This document shows positions 1 through 7,692 of a stretch of DNA of 41,316 nucleotides, one piece after another. Made by a program: the position numbers and the translations under genes. Position 1 is the first letter of the stretch, and every line of letters begins with the position of its first letter. The DNA is taken from the NCBI GenBank assembly GCA_001872945.1, contig MNYC01000006.1, positions 1-41,316 on the forward strand. The letters run 5' to 3'. This stretch comes from a bacterium CG2_30_37_16. GTDB taxonomy: Bacteria > Patescibacteriota > CPR2. A model generated the notes under the pieces. It had not been told where the DNA came from, ran no database searches, and was given only the letters and a program-made list of their open reading frames with translations.

Positions 1-193
1 GTATAATGACTATATGCCTCCTTACGAGAAACTGAAATCTCTTCCTAATGCCAGCCAGTATTTAAAGGATGGTAACACCTTTGAGGAGTTGGATAAAACA
101 GCCTACCAAGCGAGTGATAATGAGGCCGCCAAAGTAATGCAAAAAGAGAAAGAAAAGTTATTTAAAATAATGAAAAGAAAGGAGAATTTCTAG
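1..193 (+). CDS. C-terminal fragment of an integrase-core (DDE) IS transposase, ISNCY/IS481-like; truncated by the window start
   Basis: Frame 2 reads YNDYMPPYEKLKSLPNASQYLKDGNTFEELDKTAYQASDNEAAKVMQKEKEKLF..., matching the PYEKLKSLP.A.QYLK.G.TF..LD..A...SDNE.A C-terminal pattern I recall from this transposase group; TAG at 191-193. Not in the ORF track. Confidence 0.75.
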   Translation, partial: YNDYMPPYEKLKSLPNASQYLKDGNTFEELDKTAYQASDNEAAKVMQKEKEKLFKIMKRKENF

Positions 194-252
194 TAAGAAT
201 TTTCCTGCACCAAAACACTCCGTTTAGTCCGATTATTGGATTAGAATTGACT
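1..252 (+). mobile_element. Right end of an IS element
   Basis: Transposase tail followed by GTCCGATTATTGGATTAGAATTGACT (227-252), which resembles the terminus of this IS group from memory; the other end is outside the window, so the boundary is approximate. Confidence 0.5.
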
Positions 253-268
253 GTCTTAATAAATATTT

Positions 269-298
269 TGTCACAACAATTTATGTCACAACAATTTA
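269..298. repeat. Perfect 15-bp tandem duplication TGTCACAACAATTTA x2
   Basis: Directly visible at 269-283 and 284-298. Confidence 0.9.
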
Positions 299-357
299 TT
301 GATCAAAAAGCGAATTTGTGCTGGAATCGGGGCCAGTTCATTAAAAATTTATAAGAG

Positions 358-678
358 GTGGGCCTTTTGTCTTTTCCGTTTTTACCTTTGTTTGATTTTC
401 TATCAAAAATTCCTCATTCAAATGATTTTCATTTTGGATCAGGGGCAATTATTCTGATAAGTGGAATTTTTACGTGGTTAACATTTATAATTGTAGTTGG
501 ATCCAGTTCCATTTTTAAAAGAGAATCGGAATTGACTAAGCAGGCATGGAACTGCCTATGGTTTGGTTTTTTTGGTGGAATATTTGGCGGTTACTTATCC
601 GCGCTCTTAATTATCTTCATGGTTGGTTTTATAATTTGGCGCATAGTCAGGTATTTTTATTGCCTGTACAGGACATAA
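358..678 (+). CDS. Hypothetical membrane protein
   Basis: 106-aa hydrophobic ORF with 2-3 apparent TM segments; no recognisable motif; start uncertain. Confidence 0.5.
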   Translation: MGLLSFPFLPLFDFLSKIPHSNDFHFGSGAIILISGIFTWLTFIIVVGSSSIFKRESELTKQAWNCLWFGFFGGIFGGYLSALLIIFMVGFIIWRIVRYFYCLYRT

Positions 679-708
679 AGCAAGTTATCTTTTTAAGGAG
701 GAGATACG

Positions 709-1094
709 GTGAAAAATGGAAAACCGGTAGTGTTAGTGGTTGAAGATCATGGCGGATTGCAAGCAGAATACAAGTATCGTCTTGAAACCATCGGTTGTGA
801 AGTTTTGCAGGCTTATGATGTGAGTCAAACATACGAGATATTTGAAAGCAGAAAAGACATTGACATCATTGTTACAGAGGGATGTCTTGTGCATGAACTT
901 GATACGGACGTTTTTTTATGATTAAGTACCTTAGAAGTCATTTTGCAGGGCCGATTATTGCAAATTCAGCTTTCTATGTGGATGATCTTATTAAAGCTGG
1001 TTGTAGCCATAGATGTGGAAAGGAGCAATTAGTGTCCACCGTCATACAGGTGCTAAAAGAAATACACAAGCTCGGTGGGACTGAAAATCTATGA
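709..1094 (+). pseudogene. Single-domain response regulator (receiver), split by a frameshift at the T7 tract 911-917
   Basis: Strong RBS AAGGAGGAG; N-half VLVVED...DIDIIVTE; adding one T joins it to MIKYLRSHFAGPIIANSAFYVDDLIKAGCSHRCGKEQLVSTVIQVL... ending TGA 1092-1094, which completes a receiver fold. Could be a sequencing error. Confidence 0.7.
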
Positions 1095-1261
1095 AAAGGA
1101 TATATGGTTTAATTAAAGGCAAATATTCGTTTAGGATTTCGGCATCTGAGGGAATTTCAATTTTCTTTGAATGGCATTTAAAAGTAGAATCAAGCGAAAA
1201 AACTGAGGAAGCAATTGCCAGTTGTGTTAAAAAGAAAAGAATAGGGATTTACGTCATATAA
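1091..1261 (+). CDS. Small hypothetical protein (56 aa)
   Basis: MKRIYGLIKGKYSFRISASEG...GIYVI; ATGA overlap with the upstream stop and a terminator just downstream. Confidence 0.5.
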   Translation: MKRIYGLIKGKYSFRISASEGISIFFEWHLKVESSEKTEEAIASCVKKKRIGIYVI

Positions 1262-1266
1262 TTTAA

Positions 1267-1297
1267 GCTGCATGGAAAAATAACCATGCGGTTTTTT
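1267..1297 (+). terminator. Rho-independent terminator
   Basis: GCTGCATGG-loop-CCATGCGGT followed by a T run. Confidence 0.7.
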
Positions 1298-1372
1298 AAT
1301 TAAAAAAAGGTGACAATATTGGCTTAATGTATAAACCAAGTTCTGCTGCTTTACTTGTTCTCTAGCAACCGT

Positions 1373-1603
1373 TCAATAACGAATGCTATTAGCATATTTA
1401 TTAGTAGAGCTTTCGACATCCCGAATCTGTTTGTTCAGTCTTTTAATTCGAAATTGTCTAAAAAATGAAGTTTTTGAAATACTTTTAAATTTCTTTTGTA
1501 ATTCATCTTTGAACCGCTGATTTGATCGTAAGTTATTTTTGTAATCCACAATATTGTCGTCAATGTAAAAAAGAACTTCATTAAGCGCTTGTTCTAAATC
1601 CAT
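1373..1603 (-). CDS. Hypothetical protein (76 aa, coiled-coil-like)
   Basis: ORF with a strong AGGAGGAG RBS; no motif recognised. Confidence 0.55.
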   Translation of the reverse strand: MDLEQALNEVLFYIDDNIVDYKNNLRSNQRFKDELQKKFKSISKTSFFRQFRIKRLNKQIRDVESSTNKYANSIRY

Positions 1604-1722
1604 TTCTCCTCCTTTGTCAAAGTACTCAGGTTAGTTATTCTACCGAAAAATGCATTAAAAATCAATTTCAAATTTGCTATAAATCGGTATAATGTTGTTA
1701 AAACTTATTTTATAGGACAAAA

Positions 1723-2034
1723 ATGAAACTAAGAAAAGTCTTGAAATCTAAAATTCATCGTGCGGTTGTAATGGATAAAAATGTTGAGTATGAAGGATCC
1801 ATTATCATTTGCCGAGAGTTAATGGAAGCGGCCGATCTTTGGGCGGGCGAAAAAGTTTTAATTGCCAATATAAATAACGGAAATAGGTTTGAAACATATG
1901 TAATGGAAGGAAATGGAAAAGAAATTATAGTAAACGGTGCCGCCGCTCATTTGGTGGAAAAAGGAGATATTATTATCATAATGGCCTTTGCCATGACAGA
2001 TGAGGAGATAACGCCTAAGATAGTTTATTTTTGA
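1723..2034 (+). CDS. panD: Aspartate 1-decarboxylase (pyruvoyl proenzyme)
   Basis: KSKIHRA, YEGSI (Gly-Ser self-cleavage site), NGNRFETY and NGAAAHL motifs. Confidence 0.96.
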   Translation: MKLRKVLKSKIHRAVVMDKNVEYEGSIIICRELMEAADLWAGEKVLIANINNGNRFETYVMEGNGKEIIVNGAAAHLVEKGDIIIIMAFAMTDEEITPKIVYF

Positions 2035-2063
2035 GTAAACAGATAGCAGTTAACAAAAGAATT

Positions 2064-2170
2064 AATGTCAAATTTCAAATACCAAATGTCAAATGAAATC
2101 TTAATGATTAAATTAAAAAATTAGGATTTGGTCATTCATTTGTAATTTGTAATTGGACATTTGACATTTT
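2064..2170. repeat. Inverted pair of degenerate heptamer arrays (AATGTCA-type / TTTGACA-type)
   Basis: AATGTCA AATTTCA AATACCA AATGTCA ... then TTTGTAA TTTGTAA TTGGACA TTTGACA; the two arms are roughly complementary. Confidence 0.8.
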
Positions 2171-2198
2171 CTCGGTCCTTCTCTGTTATAATGTTCTC

Positions 2199-4496
2199 AT
2201 GATTCGAATTAGAGTTAAAATTATCGGGGTTGTTCAAGGTGTGGGTTTTAGGCCGGAGGTTTATAATTTGGCAAATAAACTTAAACTTACCGGTTTTATT
2301 TTTAATGATCTTAACGGTGTTACTATTGAAATTCAGGGACAAAAGAAAATTACTGATGAATTTATCGAAAGTTTAAAGAAAAATCCACCAAGAGCAGCTA
2401 GAATTGACGCTATAATCTTCAAGGAAATTAAGACAAAAAAAGAAAAGGAATTTTTAATAAAACCCAGTAAATATGAAGGTGTCAGGCAGTCGCTTTCTCC
2501 AGATATTAGCATTTGCCCGGATTGCCAAAAAGAGCTTTTTGATCCTAAAAACAGGCGTTATTTATATCCGTTTATAAATTGTTACAGTTGCGGTCCCAGA
2601 TTTACCTTCATCAAAAAAATGCCTTATGATCGCAGGAATACCACGATGTCAGGTTTTAAAATGTGCTTAGAATGTGCAGCGGAATATAATGATCCCAAAA
2701 ACCGGCGCTTTCATGCCGAGCCCATTGCCTGTTCAAAATGCGGCCCGGCCCTTAAATTAATAGACAAAAAAGGCAAAGAAATCTCAAAAGATTCCATAAG
2801 GGAGGCGGTTAAGCTAATAAAAAAGGGCAAAATAATTGCCGTTAAGGGTCTCGGCGGTTATCAGCTAATTTGCGATGCGGGAAATAAAGAAGCAGTAAAT
2901 TATTTAAGGGAAGCTAAAAATAGACCGCATAAGCCGCTGGCGATTATGGTAGATGAGGGAACTTTAAAAAAAATTGCCCAGGTAAGCGCGGAAGAAATTG
3001 CTTTACTAAAATCTGCATCATCGCCAATAGTTTTAGTTAAAAAGAAAAAAAATAATATAGTGGCCGAAAATGTGGCTTCGGGTGTCAACGAATACGGCGT
3101 TATGCTGCCATATACGCCCCTTCATCAACTTTTAATTAAAGAAGCGGGGGAAAAGGTGCTGGTAGTCACGTCCGGCAACTTAAGCGGTCATTCTATTATT
3201 TTTAAAGATCAGGAGGCATTAAAAAGCCTTTCAAAAATTGCCGATTACTTTTTAATGCATAATCGAGAGATTACAGTAGGCTATGATGACTCTGTAGCCA
3301 GAATCGTAAATAAAGAACCTTTGGTAATAAGAGCTTCTAGGGGAGTGTCGCCATTATTTTTTAAAAGAGATAAGGATTTAATTCCGGCCTTAGCAATGGG
3401 GGCAGATCTTAAAAACAGCTTTGCGCTTTCTTCAGGTAAGGACATTATTTTAAGCCAATATATTGGTGATATGGGAAGTGCAAGCGTAAAAAAGCGCTGG
3501 CTTGATGTTCGTAATTTATACGAAGAACTTTTTAATATTAGTCCTCAGGTTGTAGTAGCCGACCTTCATCCGGGTTACGAAACTACAAAAATAGCGGAAA
3601 ATTTGGGCTTGCCGGTTTATCAATTTCAGCATCATAAAGCCCATATTGCCAGTGTTGCTTTTGAACATAGTTTAAGCGAACCGGTAATTGGGGTGGCTTT
3701 CGATGGGTTAGGTTATGGCGAAGACGGTAATTTTTGGGGAGGAGAGTTTTTTTCAGGTGATCCATGTAATTTAAACAGGGAACATCATCTTGCTTACTTT
3801 CCTTTACTGGGTGGCGACATAGCTTCAGTGGAGCCTGTGCGTGCGGCGCTTAGCCTTGTTTTAGAGTCCAAAATTAACTCGGAAAGAATAAAGAAAATAT
3901 TCGGTGATGAAACGAATGATAAAATTTTTAACTTAAAAACAATGTATGAAAAAAAAATAAATTCACCGCTTACTTCCAGCATGGGAAGGCTGTTTGATGC
4001 GGCATCATATTTTATTGGATTTCGAGGTCAAAATACTTACGAAGGAGAGGCGGCTTGTTACTTGGAAAGTATGGCCGAAGAGGCTGAGGAGAAGTATAGG
4101 TATTCAGTAGAAAATCGAACAATTTTGGTGTTCAAGATAATTGAAGGCATGATAAAAGATTTAGAAAGCGGTGTTAAAAAAGAAAAAATTGCCGGAAAAT
4201 TTCAGCGAACAGTTTTAGAAATTATAGTTAGTGAAACCCTAAAAATTTCCAAAGAAACCGGAATTAGGACGGTTTGCTTGTCCGGAGGAGTGTTTCAAAA
4301 CCGTTATCTTTTGGAAAATACCTTAAAAAAATTAAGTAAAAAGGGTTTTAACGTGTATTATAATAAGATGGTTCCAATTTCCGACGGCGGAATTGCCTTA
4401 GGGCAGTTGTATCTATTAAATTGCAAGGGTCCGACCCTAACAAAGGAGACGATTAATGTGTCTTGCCATCCCCGGTCAGATAAAAAAAATAAATAA
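2199..4496 (+). CDS. hypF: Carbamoyltransferase HypF
   Basis: Acylphosphatase GVVQGVGFRP, two CxxC-x18-CxxC zinc fingers, KGLGGY, DLHPGY, QHHKAH, DGLGYG, TSSMGRLFDA, LSGGVFQN, DGGIALGQ. Confidence 0.98.
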   Translation: MIRIRVKIIGVVQGVGFRPEVYNLANKLKLTGFIFNDLNGVTIEIQGQKKITDEFIESLKKNPPRAARIDAIIFKEIKTKKEKEFLIKPSKYEGVRQSLSPDISICPDCQKELFDPKNRRYLYPFINCYSCGPRFTFIKKMPYDRRNTTMSGFKMCLECAAEYNDPKNRRFHAEPIACSKCGPALKLIDKKGKEISKDSIREAVKLIKKGKIIAVKGLGGYQLICDAGNKEAVNYLREAKNRPHKPLAIMVDEGTLKKIAQVSAEEIALLKSASSPIVLVKKKKNNIVAENVASGVNEYGVMLPYTPLHQLLIKEAGEKVLVVTSGNLSGHSIIFKDQEALKSLSKIADYFLMHNREITVGYDDSVARIVNKEPLVIRASRGVSPLFFKRDKDLIPALAMGADLKNSFALSSGKDIILSQYIGDMGSASVKKRWLDVRNLYEELFNISPQVVVADLHPGYETTKIAENLGLPVYQFQHHKAHIASVAFEHSLSEPVIGVAFDGLGYGEDGNFWGGEFFSGDPCNLNREHHLAYFPLLGGDIASVEPVRAALSLVLESKINSERIKKIFGDETNDKIFNLKTMYEKKINSPLTSSMGRLFDAASYFIGFRGQNTYEGEAACYLESMAEEAEEKYRYSVENRTILVFKIIEGMIKDLESGVKKEKIAGKFQRTVLEIIVSETLKISKETGIRTVCLSGGVFQNRYLLENTLKKLSKKGFNVYYNKMVPISDGGIALGQLYLLNCKGPTLTKETINVSCHPRSDKKNK
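4421..4443. repeat. 23-bp REP-like unit, direct repeat of 4694-4716
   Basis: TTGCAAGGGTCCGACCCTAACAA vs TTGCAAGGGTCGGACCCTAACAA (22/23 identical). Confidence 0.9.
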
Positions 4497-4662
4497 AGAT
4501 AAAGCGGAAGTTGATTTTTCAGGTATTAGAAGAGAAATCAGTTTAATTTTGGTAACCGGTGCTAAAGTGGGGGATTTTGTCTTGGCGCATGCCGGAATTG
4601 CCATTGCTAAAGTTGATAAAAAAGACGCCAAAGAAATTATCAAAATGGCAGGTGGATTATGA
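4456..4662 (+). CDS. hypC: Hydrogenase maturation chaperone HypC/HupF
   Basis: MCLAIPG N-terminus, VGDFVLAHAGIAI; AAGGAG RBS. Confidence 0.97.
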   Translation: MCLAIPGQIKKINKDKAEVDFSGIRREISLILVTGAKVGDFVLAHAGIAIAKVDKKDAKEIIKMAGGL

Positions 4663-5741
4663 CCACCAAAAACCTTAAAAAAGGGTCCGACCCTTGCAAG
4701 GGTCGGACCCTAACAATGAAAATAATGGAGGTTTGCGGTTCACATACGGCGGTTATTGTAAAATCCGGCCTCGCGAGTCTCTTGCCGCCAAATATTGAAC
4801 TTATTTCCGGTCCCGGATGTCCGGTTTGCGTAACGGCTCAAGGCGATATAGATAATATTTTAGAGATAGCTCAAAAAGATGATGTTTTGGTTGTGGCATT
4901 TGGTGATATGTTAAAGGTGCCGGGAACTAGGATTTCATTAAAAAAAATTAGGGCGGAACGCGGGAATGTTGAAATTGTTTATAGTCCCTTAGACGTTATA
5001 AATATTGCTGAGTCTAATTCCGAAAAAACAGTGCTTTATTTTGCGGTGGGTTTTGAAACGACGGTTGGGGCGACTGCAGCTTTAATTAAGGAAGCAAAGC
5101 GCAAAAAAATTCGAAATCTAAAGATTTATTCGACACATAAATTAATCATGCCGGCTATGAAAGCGCTTTTAGATGGAGAAAGTGAAATTGACGGCTTTAT
5201 TCTGCCGGGTCACGTCTCTACCGTTACCGGATATGGCTATTTTGAAGATATTGCCAAAATCTATAAAAAACCGGCGGTGGTGGCCGGATTTTGGCCGGAA
5301 AACGTTTTAGAGTCAGTGGAGGAAATTCAAACTTTAGTAAAAAGAGGCAAGGCGGAGGTCAAGTCGGTATATAAAGTTGTGCTTAAAAGTGTTAATATGG
5401 AGTGGCAAAAATTGGTTAAGGAATTTTTTGTAGTGGAAAATGCGGCGTGGCGGGGGTTTGGAAAAATTCCAAAAAGCGGTTTAGATATTAATGATAAATA
5501 CAAGGAATTTGATGCCAAGTTATTTTTTAATATTAAAGACGTAAAAAGGACTGATAAGCCCGGTTGCTCATGCGGAGAGGTGATAAAGGGAATGAAGAAG
5601 CCGGCTGAATGTTCTTTGTTTGGTAAGGCGTGTGTGCCTGATAACCCATTTGGCCCCTGTATGGTAAGCGAGGAAGGATCGTGTTCGGTGTGGTATAAAT
5701 ACTCATATAATTCAAAAATCAAAGGTCAAAAATCAAAATGA
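4659..5741 (+). CDS. hypD: Hydrogenase maturation factor HypD (alternative start 4716)
   Basis: MEVCGSHT, GPGCPVC, GFETT, PGHVS and the C-terminal Fe-S cysteines (CGEV...PAECSLFGKAC...GPCMVSEEGSC). Confidence 0.98.
   Translation: MTTKNLKKGSDPCKGRTLTMKIMEVCGSHTAVIVKSGLASLLPPNIELISGPGCPVCVTAQGDIDNILEIAQKDDVLVVAFGDMLKVPGTRISLKKIRAERGNVEIVYSPLDVINIAESNSEKTVLYFAVGFETTVGATAALIKEAKRKKIRNLKIYSTHKLIMPAMKALLDGESEIDGFILPGHVSTVTGYGYFEDIAKIYKKPAVVAGFWPENVLESVEEIQTLVKRGKAEVKSVYKVVLKSVNMEWQKLVKEFFVVENAAWRGFGKIPKSGLDINDKYKEFDAKLFFNIKDVKRTDKPGCSCGEVIKGMKKPAECSLFGKACVPDNPFGPCMVSEEGSCSVWYKYSYNSKIKGQKSK
4682..4711. repeat. Perfect 30-bp palindrome inside the hypD 5' region
   Basis: AGGGTCCGACCCTTGCAAGGGTCGGACCCT equals its own reverse complement. 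Confidence 0.95.
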
Positions 5742-5868
5742 CAAGTCAAAATGTAAAAACTGACCAACTTGCACTTTTTTTGTGTCATTCCCGCGTAGGC
5801 GGGAATCCAGAGAGAATGGATCCCAAAATCCCTCCAAAGGCGGGCAGGCGAGTTTAGGATGATGACAG
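5709..5868. repeat. Heptamer array followed by a GTCATTCCCGCG...GCGGGAATCCAG palindromic element
   Basis: TCAAAAA TCAAAGG TCAAAAA TCAAAAT units overlapping the hypD 3' end, then GTCATTCCCGCGTAGGCGGGAATCCAG...TGGATCCC...GATGAC (dRS3/RPE-like architecture). Confidence 0.75.
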
Positions 5869-5969
5869 TTAGGAAGCATTTATGAAAAAAATTACAAACA
5901 AATTAAAAAAAAATGCTCCATTTCCCCAGCCCCGTCTTGGCAAGTGCATAATGACAGAAAGTGGGTTCA

Positions 5970-6941
5970 ATGGATAAAATTACTTTAGCTCATGGTGGGG
6001 GCGGCAAGAGAACCAGAGAGCTAATTAGTAACCTCTTTCTCAAATATCTTGGAAATCCTTACTTAAAAATACTAACTGACGGGGTAAATTTAGGTGATTT
6101 AAAACGGACGGTAGTTACTACCGATGGTTTTGTGGTTGACCCGCTCTTTTTTCCCGGCGGTAATATTGGAAAACTAGCCATTTGCGGTATCTGTAATGAC
6201 CTGGCGGTAATGGGCGCTAAACCTAAGTTTATTACCATGAACTTTATAATCGAGGAAGGCTTTTTAACTCTCGATTTAGAGAAGATTATTAAAAGTATTG
6301 CTTCGGAAGCAAAAAGTGCGGGAATAGATATCGTGGCTGGGGACACCAAGGTTGTTCCAAAAGGCCACGGCGGTGGGATTTACATAAGCGGTACGGGGGT
6401 TGGGGAAATGGTTTATAAAAATGATTTGCCAGGGAAGATAAAAGAAGGGGATTTGGTTTTTGTAAACGGGTCTATCGGAGATCATTCCGCTGCGCTTTTA
6501 GTTGCCAGAAATGATTTTAAATTATCGTCAAAATTAAAATCCGATTGTCAAAATATTTATCCCGAAATAAAGAACTTATTGGATAAATCTAAAGAAGTTA
6601 AATTTTTACGTGACATTACAAGAGGCGGTCTGGCAGCTATTTTAAATGAACTAGCAGAATATGCAAGTTGTGGAATCGAAATTGCTGAAAATTCAATTCC
6701 TTTTAAAAAAGAAGTTTTGAGTTTATGCGCAATGTTGGGCTACGACTTCCTAACTTTAGCCTGTGAGGGGCGTTTTTTGGCAGTAATTGATGCAAATGAT
6801 GAAAAAATAGCTCTAAGCATGGGACTTACAAAAATAGGCGCAATCACTGATAATCACAAGAAAGTGGTTTTAAAAACCAAAATTGGTGGCGAAAGGGTTA
6901 TAGATTTGCCGGATGGGGAACTGCTGCCGCGGATTTGCTAG
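5970..6941 (+). CDS. hypE: Carbamoyl dehydratase HypE
   Basis: ITLAHGGGG, TTDGFVVDPLFFPGGNIGKLA, NDLAVMGA, GDTKVV, RDITRGGL, C-terminal LPRIC. ATG 5970 preferred over GTG 5961. Confidence 0.98.
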   Translation: MDKITLAHGGGGKRTRELISNLFLKYLGNPYLKILTDGVNLGDLKRTVVTTDGFVVDPLFFPGGNIGKLAICGICNDLAVMGAKPKFITMNFIIEEGFLTLDLEKIIKSIASEAKSAGIDIVAGDTKVVPKGHGGGIYISGTGVGEMVYKNDLPGKIKEGDLVFVNGSIGDHSAALLVARNDFKLSSKLKSDCQNIYPEIKNLLDKSKEVKFLRDITRGGLAAILNELAEYASCGIEIAENSIPFKKEVLSLCAMLGYDFLTLACEGRFLAVIDANDEKIALSMGLTKIGAITDNHKKVVLKTKIGGERVIDLPDGELLPRIC

Positions 6942-7021
6942 CTTGTGATTGTAAACGTACCAAAACTATGATATTATTTTTTGTTTTTTGTCCGACAGTT
7001 CTTTAAAATCTAAATAAGGGA

Positions 7022-7654
7022 GTGGATGTTATGATGATGGAAGACGATTTTTTTGTTTGCGGAGTGCCAAGGAAGGAAAAGACAAAATATTTTAAAGGTC
7101 CGGATGAAAAAGAATATAAAATCAGATATGAGACTGAAGAGAACGGAAACAAAGCTATTCGCATAGAAAGCGAAGACGGTACAAAAACAGCCTTTGTTAT
7201 TAATGGCAAGATGGAAGATTTTTTTGATGACGCAGATCATATAAAGTTTTTAGGAAAAAGCAAATACGCCTATCGCATTAAAAGCGATGGCAAAGTAGCT
7301 TATAAGGTTAACAAGAAAATATTCGGTTGGTTTGAATATATTGAAAATTTTCATTTCCTAAAGAATAGCCACTTGTTTTTTGTCAGTGAAAATGAGCAGC
7401 TAGCCTGTGTTATTAATGGTACAGAATACGGACCGTATGAGTATGTAGAATCTATCGTTTTTGGCCAGAAAGGCAATTGGGCATTCGCTGCTTTAAAAGA
7501 ATGTATACCGGATTATGGCCAAAGAGGCAAGTGGGCCATTATAAAAAACAGTGAAGAAATTTTCGAAATTAACGATGCATATATTTCAAATCTAAGTTTT
7601 ATAAACAGTGATGGTCCTGCCAGAGTCAATTGCAGACTCGATTTTAACATTTAG
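7022..7654 (+). CDS. Hypothetical protein with repeated beta-strand units (propeller-like)
   Basis: Recurring (F/V)VING..YG.YE.I units; no confident family; start uncertain. Confidence 0.6.
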   Translation: MDVMMMEDDFFVCGVPRKEKTKYFKGPDEKEYKIRYETEENGNKAIRIESEDGTKTAFVINGKMEDFFDDADHIKFLGKSKYAYRIKSDGKVAYKVNKKIFGWFEYIENFHFLKNSHLFFVSENEQLACVINGTEYGPYEYVESIVFGQKGNWAFAALKECIPDYGQRGKWAIIKNSEEIFEINDAYISNLSFINSDGPARVNCRLDFNI

Positions 7655-7660
7655 TTCATT

Positions 7661-7690
7661 GAGGATTCCTTATGGAGTCCTCTTTTTTTT
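7661..7690 (+). terminator. Rho-independent terminator between convergent genes
   Basis: GAGGATTCC-TTAT-GGAGTCCTC followed by T8. Confidence 0.85.
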
Positions 7691-7692
7691 CT

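Noticed and set aside
5882..5977. 31-aa ORF overlapping the hypE start
   Set aside because: Short, low-complexity, next to a repeat element, no recognisable motif; cannot be supported as a gene.
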